Positions 48,201 to 60,631 of a stretch of 64,000 nt of DNA are shown here, one piece after another (the first letter of the stretch is position 1; each line of letters opens with the position of its first letter). Source of the stretch: Botryllus schlosseri. Lineage: Eukaryota. A program made the position numbers and the translations under genes. The stretch lies in assembly GCA_051294905.1 (NCBI GenBank), contig CM119372.1:23498001-23562000 (forward strand), in the 5' to 3' direction. A model generated the notes under the pieces. The model saw only the letters and a list, made by a program, of their open reading frames with translations. It made no database searches and had not been told where the DNA came from.

Positions 48201-51200
48201 CCAAAAATTGTATTTACTTGAGTAATTTTTGCAAGTAGAGGAAAAGTACTTGAGTTTTTCGGAAAAGTAGAAGTACTGTACTTTGTTACTGACCACCTCT
48301 GGTTTTGAATCTGTTTGAATCCCGTTAGTCTGTCAATAACTGTTGATGAGAGGCGCCCCGAGATTCTTTGAGTTATAAAGCAAGATTTCCAGCTTCGAAA
48401 AGCGTTAAAAGCAGCAATGGTACTAGTCCAAGAGAGAGAGAGAGAGATATGATATTCTTTTTCGCCTGCACCATCGAAATGCTTTGACGACGGAGTTGCG
48501 ATACGGCCGTAAGGTCATCTAGTCTGCGCCCCTGTTTTTTTTTTCTCCTCCATGCTATCCGTGATTGCTGAGCGCCCAGCAGGATAGCTGCGGATACCAA
48601 TTTTCAAATCTTTGGTATGACCCGGCCGGGGATCGAACCCAAGACCTACCGATCGAGAAGGAGGACGCATAACAATTACACTATCTCTAAAACAGAACAG
48701 CTTGATTAGGCACTGAACACACTCTTTCCTTGACCAGTGTGACCGCCTCTTGCTTTTATAGAGCACCTAAACAAGACGTACTAATATTTTCAGATGGCCA
48801 TCGCACATGCAAGTTGTCAGTTCACCAATCCATTTTATCGAATACACACCAAAAGTTCCTGATCCTTTCTACGAACCAACGGGAAAAGAAGCAACACCAG
48901 CAGTTCGAGGCACTCCTAGTGGAGAGGTATTTAAACACTTCATCGATGTTAAATTTCTGATTGATTGGTCTTCGTCGTCATCGCAGATCGTTTATCTCAA
49001 CGATCCTGGACGGGATTTTTACTTTATGAGGTCAAGGGTGGCCGGTTGCCGTCTGGCAATGAGAGATATCAGTCTCACACCGAGGGACACTGTCGATCAA
49101 GGAAATTTCACGCTCGAGTTTGAATCGAGATTCGAGAGTGGTAACTTGCTCAAAGCGGTGAAGATGTACGGATGTTGCCTGATTTCGTTTTTGAACTTTA
49201 ATGTTATGAATAGCCCTAGTTCGTTATGAATCACATGGCGCTTTGTTGCAGAAATTAGCCTTGCCGTATCAGATAAATCTGCTGGCACAAGCAATGTCTG
49301 TGGTGGAACACATGGATAGTAATAACTCAATAACACTCGTCAACACATATTTTTAGGCAGACAAAGTAAGAGTGGTTTTGGGGGTTTTGAAGGGCACTGA
49401 TTCCGAACATGACCTTAGTTTTTTCATATTGGCTCTATTTTTGGAGATAATCCATGGGGCTATTTTGACTAAAATCTCATATTTTTGCTGTACGGGCTAG
49501 ATAAAAATTCGGCTCAGTAGTACTATAAAGTTCTGAAATTCAATCTACTTGTTATTTTGACACGCTAAAAACTGTTTTCAATCAAAATATAAAATAAAAT
49601 ATAAATATCTTCTTTTCTATAGCCAATCTAGCAAAATTAATGTGATATTCGTAATCACAACCTTGAAAATCCCAGAAACGGCTCCCTGATGTTCTGCCAA
49701 AAATTTTTTCATTTTGTTGACCAGTGTAATCAGTATAGAGTAAATTCAAGCTTGTACTTTACCCAGCGTGTGACACATTAGTAGGTAGTAGTTTAATTGT
49801 CAGCTTTATCTACTAGATATCGAACGTACTGGACAAATTTTGTAAAATTACTTGCGGCCTGTTTGCATAGAATGACTTCTAGCATGATTAATATTTGGCA
49901 AAGCAACCTTCCAAGAAATATTTGAGTTTGAACAGAACACTTACTCAATTCTAGACAATCACTATCAGCTGTTGTATGTTCACTTGGTCAATAGAAGATG
50001 TTGGATTTGGGAGATTTTAATTGGGTCTCGTAACTGAACATGGTTATATTATGGTCTGCTATTTGCCTCCACATGACTTTCACCGGAGTTGATTGTTCAA
50101 TTACTGAATCGCATTCATTTCCAATTGAGTTTGGCACGTCCTCATTGATTCTGCTGATCGACTATTACCCACGTCTCTAACAAATAGGCTATCAACGTTT
50201 CACTCTTTTTTTATAACATTGTTGACTTTAATACTTATCCTAATATAGAGCCTTAATCCAAAAATATTTTGTTCCAGTAACGACTACGATTATGAGCTTA
50301 CATTGCGTCCGGATTTATACACCGACAAACATACCCAATGGTACTTCTTCCGGTATGATCCTTGTTATAATGCTTGGTTGTATAAGTAACATAGTCTACC
50401 TGTTGCAGGGTAAAAAACATGGTGCCTGGGAAACCGTATAGACTAACTATTGTGAATTTGATGAAGCCTTCAAGCTTATATAATAATGGAATGAAGCCAC
50501 TTTTCTACTCAGATGCCGATGCCAAGAAAAACAAGGTATGTTGCTTGCAAGATGCTGTTGCCAAATTAAAATGAACATTTTCCCTTCCAAACCAACTATG
50601 TAAACATTACAGATGTTTCCTCATAGTGATTTTGCAGTATTTCTTTATTTAACTATGCTCAACTTGTGATGTGTTTCTGTCAGCATCAAGTCGATGTCAT
50701 ATGAAAGTCATACTTTACCTAGTAATGAGGATTAATAATCATACGTGGGTTTCCTCGAAGGTTTTGGAATTTTCGGTTTTGAAATATCTTGACCCACTGC
50801 AAGGGTCGAAATGCAGGGATTGATTTGATACACTCAACAGTGTTACATTAATTGGAATCAAATTCGCCTGCCAAGAGCATCATTTTGCAACTAAAATATT
50901 ATTCACTCAAAAGCCAACTCCGCCCACTTGATTCTCCAAATTTATGTTCACAGTGTACAATGTGTACATTCGTCATACTTTTATGCGAATAATATTTTAA
51001 AGAATATATTCCTATTGAAATAACCCGGATATATTCGACTTACACTCGTCAGGGGTCATCGTCAGCAACTTGTAGAGAATTAGAAGAACATTGTAGATCA
51101 ACAATCGTATCACCAAATATTAAATTTCGAATAATCGAGGCAAAAAGATTGCTTAAGCTCAATGTACTATATCTAGATGGCACACGAACTCCTTCTGTTG

Positions 51201-54200
51201 GTACAAACTAGGTCGGCATATTTTGATAAAAGTCAAGTCCAAGGCATACAAATGAAAGTGTGAACGGCCTCTTCCGACGACGCGAAGTCTTTTATCGCGA
51301 TAATTTTTCGATAATAATTTAGGCATGATTTGAAAATATTAAATAAATAATTACTCATAGTACCTATTCATTTGAAGATCTGCATGATCATATCGCCAAT
51401 CACAGCCAATACCCATTGAAAAGACCACTACTGTATTATAATGCAGGGTTGTAATGACTCGAGTAATGACTCGACTCGGACTCGAGTCATTGTACATGAC
51501 TCGAACCAAGTCATATGACTCAAGACTCAGACGTCTAAGACCGACATTTCATTGTAATTTCGAAGAATAGTAAAGTAACCACACTGTTGGGATTTCGTCT
51601 ATTGGTACTGGTGCTTGAAAATGCAACCAGAAACTGCTAAAAGTGAAGAAAATTAGTATATTTTAAATGCGAACCATTCGATATCACCTAACAGACTTAT
51701 AAAATGAGGGTTTAACAAAACTTTAACCGGAAACTGAGCAGTCAACACAATGACTTGGACTCGGACTCGAGAGTCATAATACCATAACTCAGACACGACC
51801 CTCTGCTCGCTGGACTCGGACTTGACTCGAGTCAAAACTATAAAAGTGAGATTGACTTGTGACTCGGAGCCCTGTGTCTTGGTTACAACCCTGTTATAGT
51901 GTACAGAAGCAGTCATATATATCTATGTCTTCAGGTTTTCTCTCTTGAACCATGAATAAAACTATATTTTTCTCCTCCCAGATTGGTTGGACTCGTGCCG
52001 GTTCCGATATTCGATATTATCGTAATAATCTCGGCAGTCTATCGGGTCGTACGTTTTATTCGCTGACTTGGACGATGGAGTTCCCACACAAAGATGACAC
52101 CTGTTTTTTTGCGCACTGTTATCCCTATACTTATACCGATTTACAGGTGAGACTTTGTAATGTTACATCGAAGTATCGCTGCACAACATTAATACACATT
52201 CAATTCAGGAATATCTGTTGAAGCTTGCTAACGATCCGGTACGGTCAAGATTTTGTAAGCAACGAGTGCTATGCAGGACGTTAGCAGGTTTGAATATTAC
52301 GTTAATACAATTTTGCATGAACTGGTTGTTGTGGTGGTGATAACGATAAGTATCTGCAAAGGCGGTCAAACTTGTAAGCTTTGATACTCAGGTGGCAGTG
52401 GAAGTAACACCTGGAATTTCTACTCAATTACAAGTAGAAAGTAGAAAATGAAAGGTCTGAAAAATACTCAAGTAAGTAGTTTAAAAATCAGATTTCGTCG
52501 TAGGGTCGCATACTTTTAGCAGTAGATCGGAGGTGATTACTACGCACTCTAGTAGTCATCAAATAGCAACTGCTTGAGGCTGCTTGCACGCATTGTGGAA
52601 AATCTCGAGGTAGTCTATCGTCTTTTCGACGCCTTCCTATCTTTTCATTGTATCGCAGTCTTCGGGTGTTTTGAAATTATTAATAAACCGATGCTGATAC
52701 TGATGAGTTACTTGGCAGTTGGTTCTTTCAGGAAATCTCGTTTACATTCTTACTGTGACATCGCCATCGCGAAATCCCGAGATCGCAAGGGCAAAAAAGG
52801 CGGTTGTTCTCACCGCTAGGGTTCATCCGGGCGAAACCAATTCATCTTGGATGATGAAGGGATTTTTAGATTTTTTGTCTGGAAGTACCCCCGATGCGAA
52901 GGTATGCATTTTCTATTTTTCGCCACTTCTATGTTTCAACGTTATTCGAAATACTACATCACCACATTTCGGCTACGGCTAATAATACTGATAAATTAAA
53001 TTCTATGGCACTTCTGTGGGACTTATCCTATTTACTATAATTAGCCTACAAGTAACATTTGCTATTGGCACTTTTTCGTGACATTTGATGAGATTTGAAA
53101 TCTCGGTGGAGTCGGGATCAAGGGAAATCGAACAAACTCTGAAAGGGTTTTTCAATTTTTATGACTTTGAGTCTACAACCCTGAGCGACACAAACTGTTG
53201 CATACCGGTACTGTACTTGATGAATCACAAAACAGTAAATAATGTTTCACGAAATCTTATTTGGAGCATATTTCCATACTTGTTATTGCCATGCAATTAT
53301 TCTATGTGACACTCATAACATTGTAGTGATGGGTAAATTTGAGTAGCTGAGTGATTCCATTCCGTGTCGATTATTTGGCTTGTAGTCGAGTCGAGTATTC
53401 GAGAACACTACATTATAACATCATCACAGAACAGGTATTTATAGTGATAATGACCAGGAAATTTTCGTTACTTAAAAATTGCACATGGAATTATTGCAAT
53501 TGATGCTCGACTGGGAATCAAGTACTCGAATCACCCAGCCTTAAACGTCAGCAGAAACAGAACAGAATTATCAATATTACTTTCTCCAGCGTGCTTTATC
53601 ACGATCTGTTGCTTTTATTTGATAGCTGCTCCGTGACAATTTCATTTTCAAAATCGTTCCCATGCTCAATCCGGACGGAGTCATCGTTGGAAATTACAGG
53701 TAACAAAGTTGATCCTGAGTCATTTTTTGCACTAATAACACACCGATCGATTGTCAGATGCTCGCTGTCAGGTCGTGACCTCAATCGTAACTACAAGTCC
53801 GTATTAAAAGACTCGTTTCCGTCGGTATGGCACACGAAAATGATGATCAAACGTTTGCACGTTGAGAGAGAAATCGTTTTGTACTGCGACCTGCACGGGC
53901 ATTCGCGGAAAAACAACATCTTCATTTACGGGTGTGAAAACAAGAACAACCCGCAGAGAAAGCTGAAGGAAAGGGTAGGCAGATAATGTAGATCTCCTTA
54001 TAGCATCAGCTGATCGCTTTTCGCGCAGATATTTCCTTTGATGCTGGCGAAGAATGCCGACACCAAGTTCTCGTACGAAAGCTGCAAGTTTAAAGTGCAA
54101 AAAAGCAAAGAAGGCACCGGGCGCGTCGTTGTGTGGCTGATGGGCGTGATGAACAGGTAGGAAAATGCTACCTGAGTAATCTGTGTAGGTAGACGTGCTG

Positions 54201-57200
54201 ACCTATGGATTAACTGTCATCTGTTGGTGAGCTACATGTGGAATTATTCGGCACGATCGGGTCGATTCAGTGTTGTGTTTGAAGAAATATAAAATCCTAG
54301 TAATCGTTTATTGGCACGGATCATTATCATTATATCCATCTGTAATGAATTGCATTGGAGCCACCGTGCAAACCGTGTAAAGTTCTTTGCTATTAAGCTT
54401 GAGAAAAATGAAGTGAATCCAAATGAAAAATGACATATAGCTAGTGAGCAAACGGAATAATGGATTCACAGCAAAGGAAAACGGATGTTATTGTGGATTC
54501 TACCGGAGTGCCAAGACAAACAAAGGGAATGAAAAAAGATGGCGTCATTTTATGCGCTATCAAATTGAATTTGCTACAGTATCGCTTGACTGTGAGCTTA
54601 CTGATTTAAAATTTTTAGTGCTCTCATTTTAACAATTTTGAAGTATAGCATGGATGTAAGTTTTTTATGCTACTCTTTTCCTATTGTTATCATGTTACGG
54701 ATCCAGTCGGCAGTCTACATTTGGCAGTATTGATAAGGCAATATATATTTGTTCAATTTCACTATGCTTCGATTAAAATGCTTCTGAGGCGCAAGTTTTG
54801 ATTAAATGATGTTTGATGGCGCAAAATCCATGATTTCTATTGATGCACTTGTCTACTCGTGACTCGTATATTATCGCAGCTACACCATGGAAGCTACTTT
54901 TGGCGGAACGACTCTCGGCTCTCGCAAAGGGACACATTTCAGCTCGAGAGACTTAGAGGAAATGGGCCACAACTTCTGCGATACCCTGTTGGACTATTGC
55001 GACCCGGACACATCCAAGACTGACGCATGTTACCAGGAGATTCAGGATAGGTTGAGGAAACAAATCTTGAAGAGAATGCAGATGCGCAATGGATCTGGTA
55101 AGTCGTAATCAGTAGGTTACAGCCAGCGTCTGAACTAAATGCATTTGAATGTTTTCAGTACTTCAGTACTAGTTGACTAGTAATAGTGTATATAAACTGG
55201 TTCAGTCGATGCAAACCTGCTGCTTGTGACCCGCATGTGGCACTTTGGGTGCTCACCTGATATGAATGCTTCATAATCCACTCACTACAATTCACATCAG
55301 CAATTGGTCAGATACACATTTCAGATGCAATCCAATGTAGTTTACTCAGGTGTATCGAATCCATAATGAGAATTAGATCTGAGTACATTAGTTGTTCAAG
55401 TTATATCATGCACTTATGGTATGCATATATACACAGATCGTGTGCATGTATATCATGAGTCGGTGTATATGCCACAAGAACATCATGGACAAAAATAAAC
55501 TACGTCCTTTATAAAATATATCAGGTACAGGGAAATATGTGTTTAAATTCTTTTTAGTTATTAAACCCACCACTACCATCAATGAAGAGCCAAACTGTGC
55601 AACCTAATAAAAAGTACTAATCAAACATATGACATGGCACCAACTCTATACTGTATAGCCAGCGTATTCCGTATTGGTTGAGCGTGGCTGAATTACTGTA
55701 AATGTTCTTTATTGCTTGCATGTGGAATACATATGTGATGATTTGATCGCAAGAAACATTTGTCTGAATAAATGCATGCAGGGTAAATAGCTGGATGGAT
55801 AGATTTGGAAGCATTGCTGTCCATTTTGGTAGTTTATTGCTGCACGTTGTTCAACATTCATGTTTGTACAATCAGGCATTTAATGCTGTCATGGGCCACT
55901 TAAAATTACGTTGCAGCCCTCGTCGGTCAGGTGTTTGACGTCCTTGTTTTGGAGTATGATAGTGCTTGCGTTAGAGGCTGATATGGTCAATAGTCTGGTA
56001 ATACTATATCTATTTTAGGATCACTTGGAGATGTTGATATCGACAATTATTCGAGCGACTACGAGTCAGACACATCAGGATCTGACTCGTCCTGCGATGA
56101 TCGCTTGCCTGTTCATTTGCTTGCTATCGCGCCGAAACTACAGCGGAAGAGACGATTGAAGACGAGGCGTGACCGGAACAAACAATCATTACGGAAGGTT
56201 AGTTTATATCGATAATTCCATTGAAGCCATGATTGTTGTTAGTATAAATGAAAATGTTGGAACTCAATGTGAATTTATTCTCTCTGCTATGGTCACATTA
56301 TTGTGACTCGGATGGATTAATATTACAATCAATTTCTGCCACAGCCATCGTCAACTGGTCACGACGATGCTAAGCCTACGCCTAGCCATGGAGCGAAACC
56401 GATTCTCGACAAAGCGCCGAAACCTGTCAGGTTGTAACTCCTATACTTTTCTTTCAAAGTGTATCAGCCTATTTGAAGTGACATTATTGGCTCTGGACTT
56501 CCTTCGCACTAATTTGAACTTTCTTAACAGATATTCGCAAACAGCGGGTGGTAAACGGCGTGAAGAGAATAATCCAGCAGTCAGTGTGGGCACAACGCCG
56601 CAAGCCACCGCTTTCCACGCTGATGACAACGCCCGGGCTGCGAAAAAAGTTGGTATTCATGATATCGGTAGATTACTGTTTTCAAACCATGCCATTCCTT
56701 GTTTCCGTTAACGATCACTTGTTAGAATAGAAGCAGGCAGACAATTTATTTTACAATAATTGCAATTAAAACACAATACATTTTGCAGCCAGAGATCCCG
56801 ATGATCTTCTAGTCAACTGCATTGAAAGAGTACGAGTTATGCTATAATATCCTAGAAACTGTTTCTTGTATCTAAAATGATCTCAAATTGAAGTAAAATA
56901 GCTACAGGCCGAACAGCTGGGAAGAAGTTGGAACAGCAACAGAACCAATAATAGTAGTAGACAAAATAACAAATTTACAGCAGAGGGTCAATAAATATAC
57001 TGTAAAAGTTGGCCTGTCACGGAAATTCGTTACATCATTACAGCAGACTAGATGGAAATGCAAGAAAAACTGGCTGACAGAACAATTCAGTGAAATATCC
57101 GTCACCCCAGTACAAACCAGCTGGAAATTCAACATCAATTGAATATTGTCACTCATTTCACCCAGGCTTCAATGAGGTGCATAAATACTAGATGGAAACG

Positions 57201-58402
57201 TAAGGATATCAGGTCGGCAGAACAATTCAGTTCAGTCATGTGAGGGCTAATTCGAACCCAGCAGCAATATGTAGCCTAGAGCCAGTGTTGTTGGTCAATT
57301 TTAACACCGACTTCATGTTGTCACTCATTTCGCCCAGGTTGGAATGAGGTGTGGCGCCACCAAAGCGACCTTCGTTCAATTCAACCCGCCCCACAAGTTA
57401 CTCAACGGCCCGGTGATCATTCCCCATCAGCACCCCATGACTCATCGCAGACCGAGGAAAACTCAGCCGTTTCAGCTGACGACGGGTTATGCGCCACTAC
57501 CGGCGTGCATACGAGCCAAATCCGTTGATGCGAGTCAGCACGGCCCGATCGAAGATCTGTTCCGAGTGTTCTCGTCTCATTTGGACTTTGCCGTCTCCGA
57601 TGAAGAGGACGTGAAAAACGGAAAACGCGACGCGATCCCGAAAAGACATAAAATTCAACTTTCCCCGTCGCTGCTCAACATGATCGCGCAACCCACGACG
57701 TTCGGCGACGATATCAACATCGAGGAAATCATGAAGTATAAATCGAAGTTTAAAAAGGGCTGCGGGCATTTCCAGAAGAAAACAGCAATGTCGGGAGATG
57801 AGCCAAATCCTAAACAGCTACCGCAACCAAAACCCAACCTGCCTCAAAGTATTTCTAAATCGTCCGCTAGAAACTCGTGGAGTGGAGGTAAAACTTTAAA
57901 ATCAGACAAGAAGGGCTCAAAAACCAAGCTGCAGATCGATTTGGAGACACTACGGGCCTCGAGACACTCAGCTAGAAACCGTGCTAGCGTCGGCGAACCG
58001 ATTCGACCACGTGAAGAGATACGAAAGTTAGCCGCCGCTTGCGACAAGAAAAGAAATCAAATATCGTCTGCGCCAAACCGACCGTTTAGCACGACCGTGC
58101 GAGCACTGAACACGATGGCTTCACCAAAATCGACCATTCGGCCGCAACCTCCGGCTGAAAACGTCCAGTTATTCTACGACCATATCGACTTCCAACAGAC
58201 AGAGTCGTTTATGTCTCTGCCAAAAACTGTCAACGTGTCGACTTTGAGGGCGGACGAGGTGGACAAGTCGCCGAAAAAGACGGTCAACTTCCTGCTGACG
58301 AAGCCATCGAAAAAGATCGCCAAAAGCAAAGTCGATAAGATAGAAATTTACGAGCCGAAATTAGCGCTGTATTTTTCAAAAGACTGTAAAGCAGATTTGT
58401 AG
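33221..58402 (+). CDS. AGBL2: Cytosolic carboxypeptidase 2/3-like (tubulin deglutamylase, M14D)
   Basis: Phase-consistent exons 33221-33361 (tentative), 36278-36332, 41121-41262, 48794-48926, 48987-49165, 50278-50352, 50409-50535, 51982-52146, 52209-52287, 52732-52901, 53626-53699, 53758-53974, 54029-54156, 54880-55097, 56019-56197, 56345-56430, 56531-56648, 57338-58402. Motifs [61 protein letters not shown]. Confidence 0.93.
33648..34150 (+). mobile_element. CR1/L2-type LINE 3' remnant with ORF2 end
   Basis: Translates [22 protein letters not shown], then the WNSIP...[10 protein letters not shown] segment and the shared 3' UTR. Confidence 0.8.
34800..35110 (-). mobile_element. CR1/L2-type LINE 3' remnant
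   Basis: Reverse-complement match to 33830-34150. Confidence 0.8.
37050..37195. repeat. Imperfect inverted repeat containing decayed PLE-type hammerhead halves
   Basis: CGACTGACACTC...GAGTGTCAGTCG core; the plus arm CCCC-CGACGAG-TGTCAGTC-GCAA-ATATTC-GG resembles the 3121-3160 motif. Confidence 0.5.
40670..40742 (-). mobile_element. tRNA-derived SINE head (different family)
   Basis: A box TAGCGCAGTGG and B box GGTTCAATTCC at tRNA-like spacing; no valid cloverleaf. Confidence 0.5.
42353..43554. mobile_element. hAT-type MITE, third nesting level
   Basis: TIR CAGAGGTCTCAAAC / GTTTGAGACCTCTG; TSD ACCTAGTC / AGCTAGTC. Confidence 0.88.
43669..44332. mobile_element. Foldback (near-palindromic) MITE, third nesting level
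   Basis: Arms 43669-43984 and 44016-44332 with a 31-nt spacer; ends TAGGGCTCTTCAAAA; perfect TSD ACGTACAT. Confidence 0.93.
46383..46893 (-). mobile_element. GACTCGAGTC-family MITE, second nesting level
   Basis: TIR CAGGGTTGTAA / TTACAACCCTG; TSD CTCCCCAC / CTCCCCAG. Confidence 0.88.
47521..48301. mobile_element. CAGAGGTGGTCA-family MITE
   Basis: Full TIRs; TSD CTTTTGAA / GTTTTGAA. Confidence 0.88.
48430..48687 (-). mobile_element. Uninterrupted tRNA-derived SINE
   Basis: Head, core, GA-rich linker and tail as in 30734-31839, ending in a (CT)n run on the element strand. Confidence 0.85.
49375..49728. mobile_element. One end of a probable Tc1/mariner-type MITE
   Basis: Ends TTTTGTTGACCAGTG-TA; the matching end was not found. 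Confidence 0.4.
51010..51340 (-). mobile_element. Decayed 3' fragment of a PLE related to the young element
   Basis: Translates [45 protein letters not shown] versus NYHEDMFSILAKGRNLFHLSVLESTIITMSKPSLCQQKEFVYHLK; mutated hammerhead at 51020-51059. Confidence 0.8.
51444..51893 (+). mobile_element. GACTCGAGTC-family MITE
   Basis: Full TIRs; TSD TTATAATG / TTATAGTG. Confidence 0.88.
52600..52680 (+). mobile_element. Extreme 3' end of the CR1/L2-type LINE
   Basis: CCTTCCTATCTTTTCATTGTATCGCAGTC matches the other copies. Confidence 0.6.
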
Positions 58403-59823
58403 CAATGCGAGAGTCGTAGTTACGAGTGTGGAGGGGTAGGAGCAGCGTTAGCTCGCAGCGAGGTCTCTCATCTGAGCGACTTCATTATCGAGTCTTGTTA
58501 GGCCAAGATGGCAGGATGAAATTACTGAGCTGTTATATTATAGTTATAGGCTTTTACAAACCAGAATCAGTATATCAGGGAACGAACATTTTATTGCTGA
58601 TACCTTTGAAAATATACACTCCCTTGGGGTTCCGCATTATTCCTGTTTTAAGGACTCAATCAGAGGCCAATGTTGAAACTAAATTGTCCTTGTAAGATCT
58701 GTTCTGAGGACTAGGCAGAAGTGTTGACCTTAGTCACCAGGTAGCTTAAAGTCATGACCTGCACATTTTTGTCATCTACTTCTAGAATTTTAACTCATAA
58801 TTTTATCTTTGTCCTGAAAATGGTATGTGGTTCATACAACCACCCAAAACAATTTAGGGTTAGGTTTAAGAACCCCTACCCTAGATGCATTCATGCACAG
58901 CACAACCGTTTGCACTATTCAACAAGCTTCCAATGTTGTTTGTATTTCCTAACTGAAGCTTTACAAAACCATCAAGCGTCTTACATTTGAAGTCATTATA
59001 ACTAGTGACATTTTTTTACAGCTCAACTCTGTATCTATAAAGTACTTCGAACCCTTGGTCGGAATTCTGACCATTCAAAATCTTGATCGGCCTCACACAA
59101 CCAGTAGAGTTGAGTAACAGCCACTTTGTGTACTGCACCGCATGCGTGTCTCAATTAATTTGTGCACATGTCAAAACCAATCAATGTTACCAAGCTAAGA
59201 GATTGATCATCCTGTTCATCTTTACACAAAAATTCATTCGATTTGTGATATTTAATTAATCATTGTGTAATGTGTATCCATTACAGAGTCACTTCATTAT
59301 GATGTGTATTTTGTATTGATTGACGTGCTAGTCAGTTAGTAATCGATCAATGACATATTGAATGTTATACAATGCTTGAGATCCTATGAGCAAATTGCTA
59401 GCATTCCAAAGCAGTGGTGAATCTGCTCCTGTAGATTATCTTAATTTACTATGCTTCCTAATTAAAACATTATAATTTCCTACTTGGAGATCCGGCATCC
59501 CCCGCCTTGGAAAGTAGGACATCACGATCCGGATAAGAAAGCCGTATTCAGCCTTTTGCCAACATCACAAGCCGTGGCATTCGACAGTAAACCGCCACTG
59601 CTACCACAGGACCACATTTCCAAGCGGGAATTATCTTTCAAAATCACACAGCGCAGGGTATTGCTTGCATGGATAGCACGCCAGATAGTTATTTCAAATC
59701 AAAATGTCGGGATAAAGATTGATTATACAACGTTAAATCAAAGCTGGTTGCATCCATGTTGATTTAATAACCACTTACAATAGTTATATGCTATAATTAG
59801 TTTGAATGATGCTTGCTGTAGAT

Positions 59824-60631
59824 CAGGGCTTCTCAAACTATGAATTGACCTCATTTGAGATCAGAAAAATATTTGACGTCGCGAAGCATACATTGCTAAG
59901 TCATGTTTGTGTATTTTTCTGAATTGTTTACAAGACTGATCAGTGGTCACGTCACCATTGAATTTTTATGCATTTGCTTTGAATAACTTGGCTATTACTC
60001 TCTATTAAAGTTTTGACATCGTAATGCGCTCTCAAAACTGTATCCTCATGACACTTTTGCATTCGAGTGTAGGTTCTTGTATATCCCAGCAGTATCCTAT
60101 TCATTATTTAATTTTGATTTTATTGTACAGTTGGTTTCCAGGAAGCTATGGCTTGCATGTGTGTGTGGTGAGCTTTTACCGATATTGCAGTAAACATTTG
60201 CCCAAGAGATACAATACGGGCCCTAGTATTATTATTATTATAAATATTTACGCTTTTTGTAATTGGGTATTTTTTCATGAAAATAACACTTGATATTAGC
60301 ATTGGCACGTGTTTTTCTTTAAAGGACTTTTTGCATGTCGAACATACCATGCAGTGGTGCTATTCAAAATTTTAGCCAGCCACTTCTGTCACAAAAGTCA
60401 TATTTTCTGCTGATTCTGTTACAAAAAGTCATTGGCAGTAACTAGTAATGCTAACTGGTTTGCTGATCTCATAAAATGTCATCAGACTATTCTATGGAAT
60501 TGGTGCGAACTGACTGAATCCTGCCAATGACTACATCTATATGCTATTGATAGTGTTCCCTATTGTGAAGTCGCATAGAAATTGTTTTTTTATAAATGGT
60601 GTGTCAAAGTTAAAAAGTTTGAGAAGCCCTG
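59824..60631. mobile_element. hAT-type MITE, TSD decayed
   Basis: TIR CAGGGCTTCTCAAACT / AGTTTGAGAAGCCCTG; flanks match only 4 of 8. Confidence 0.7.

Noticed and set aside
59490-59656. Open, coding-like stretch (IRHPPPWKVGHHDPDKK...)
   Set aside because: Only a weak GAG acceptor, and its phase does not link to neighbouring exons.
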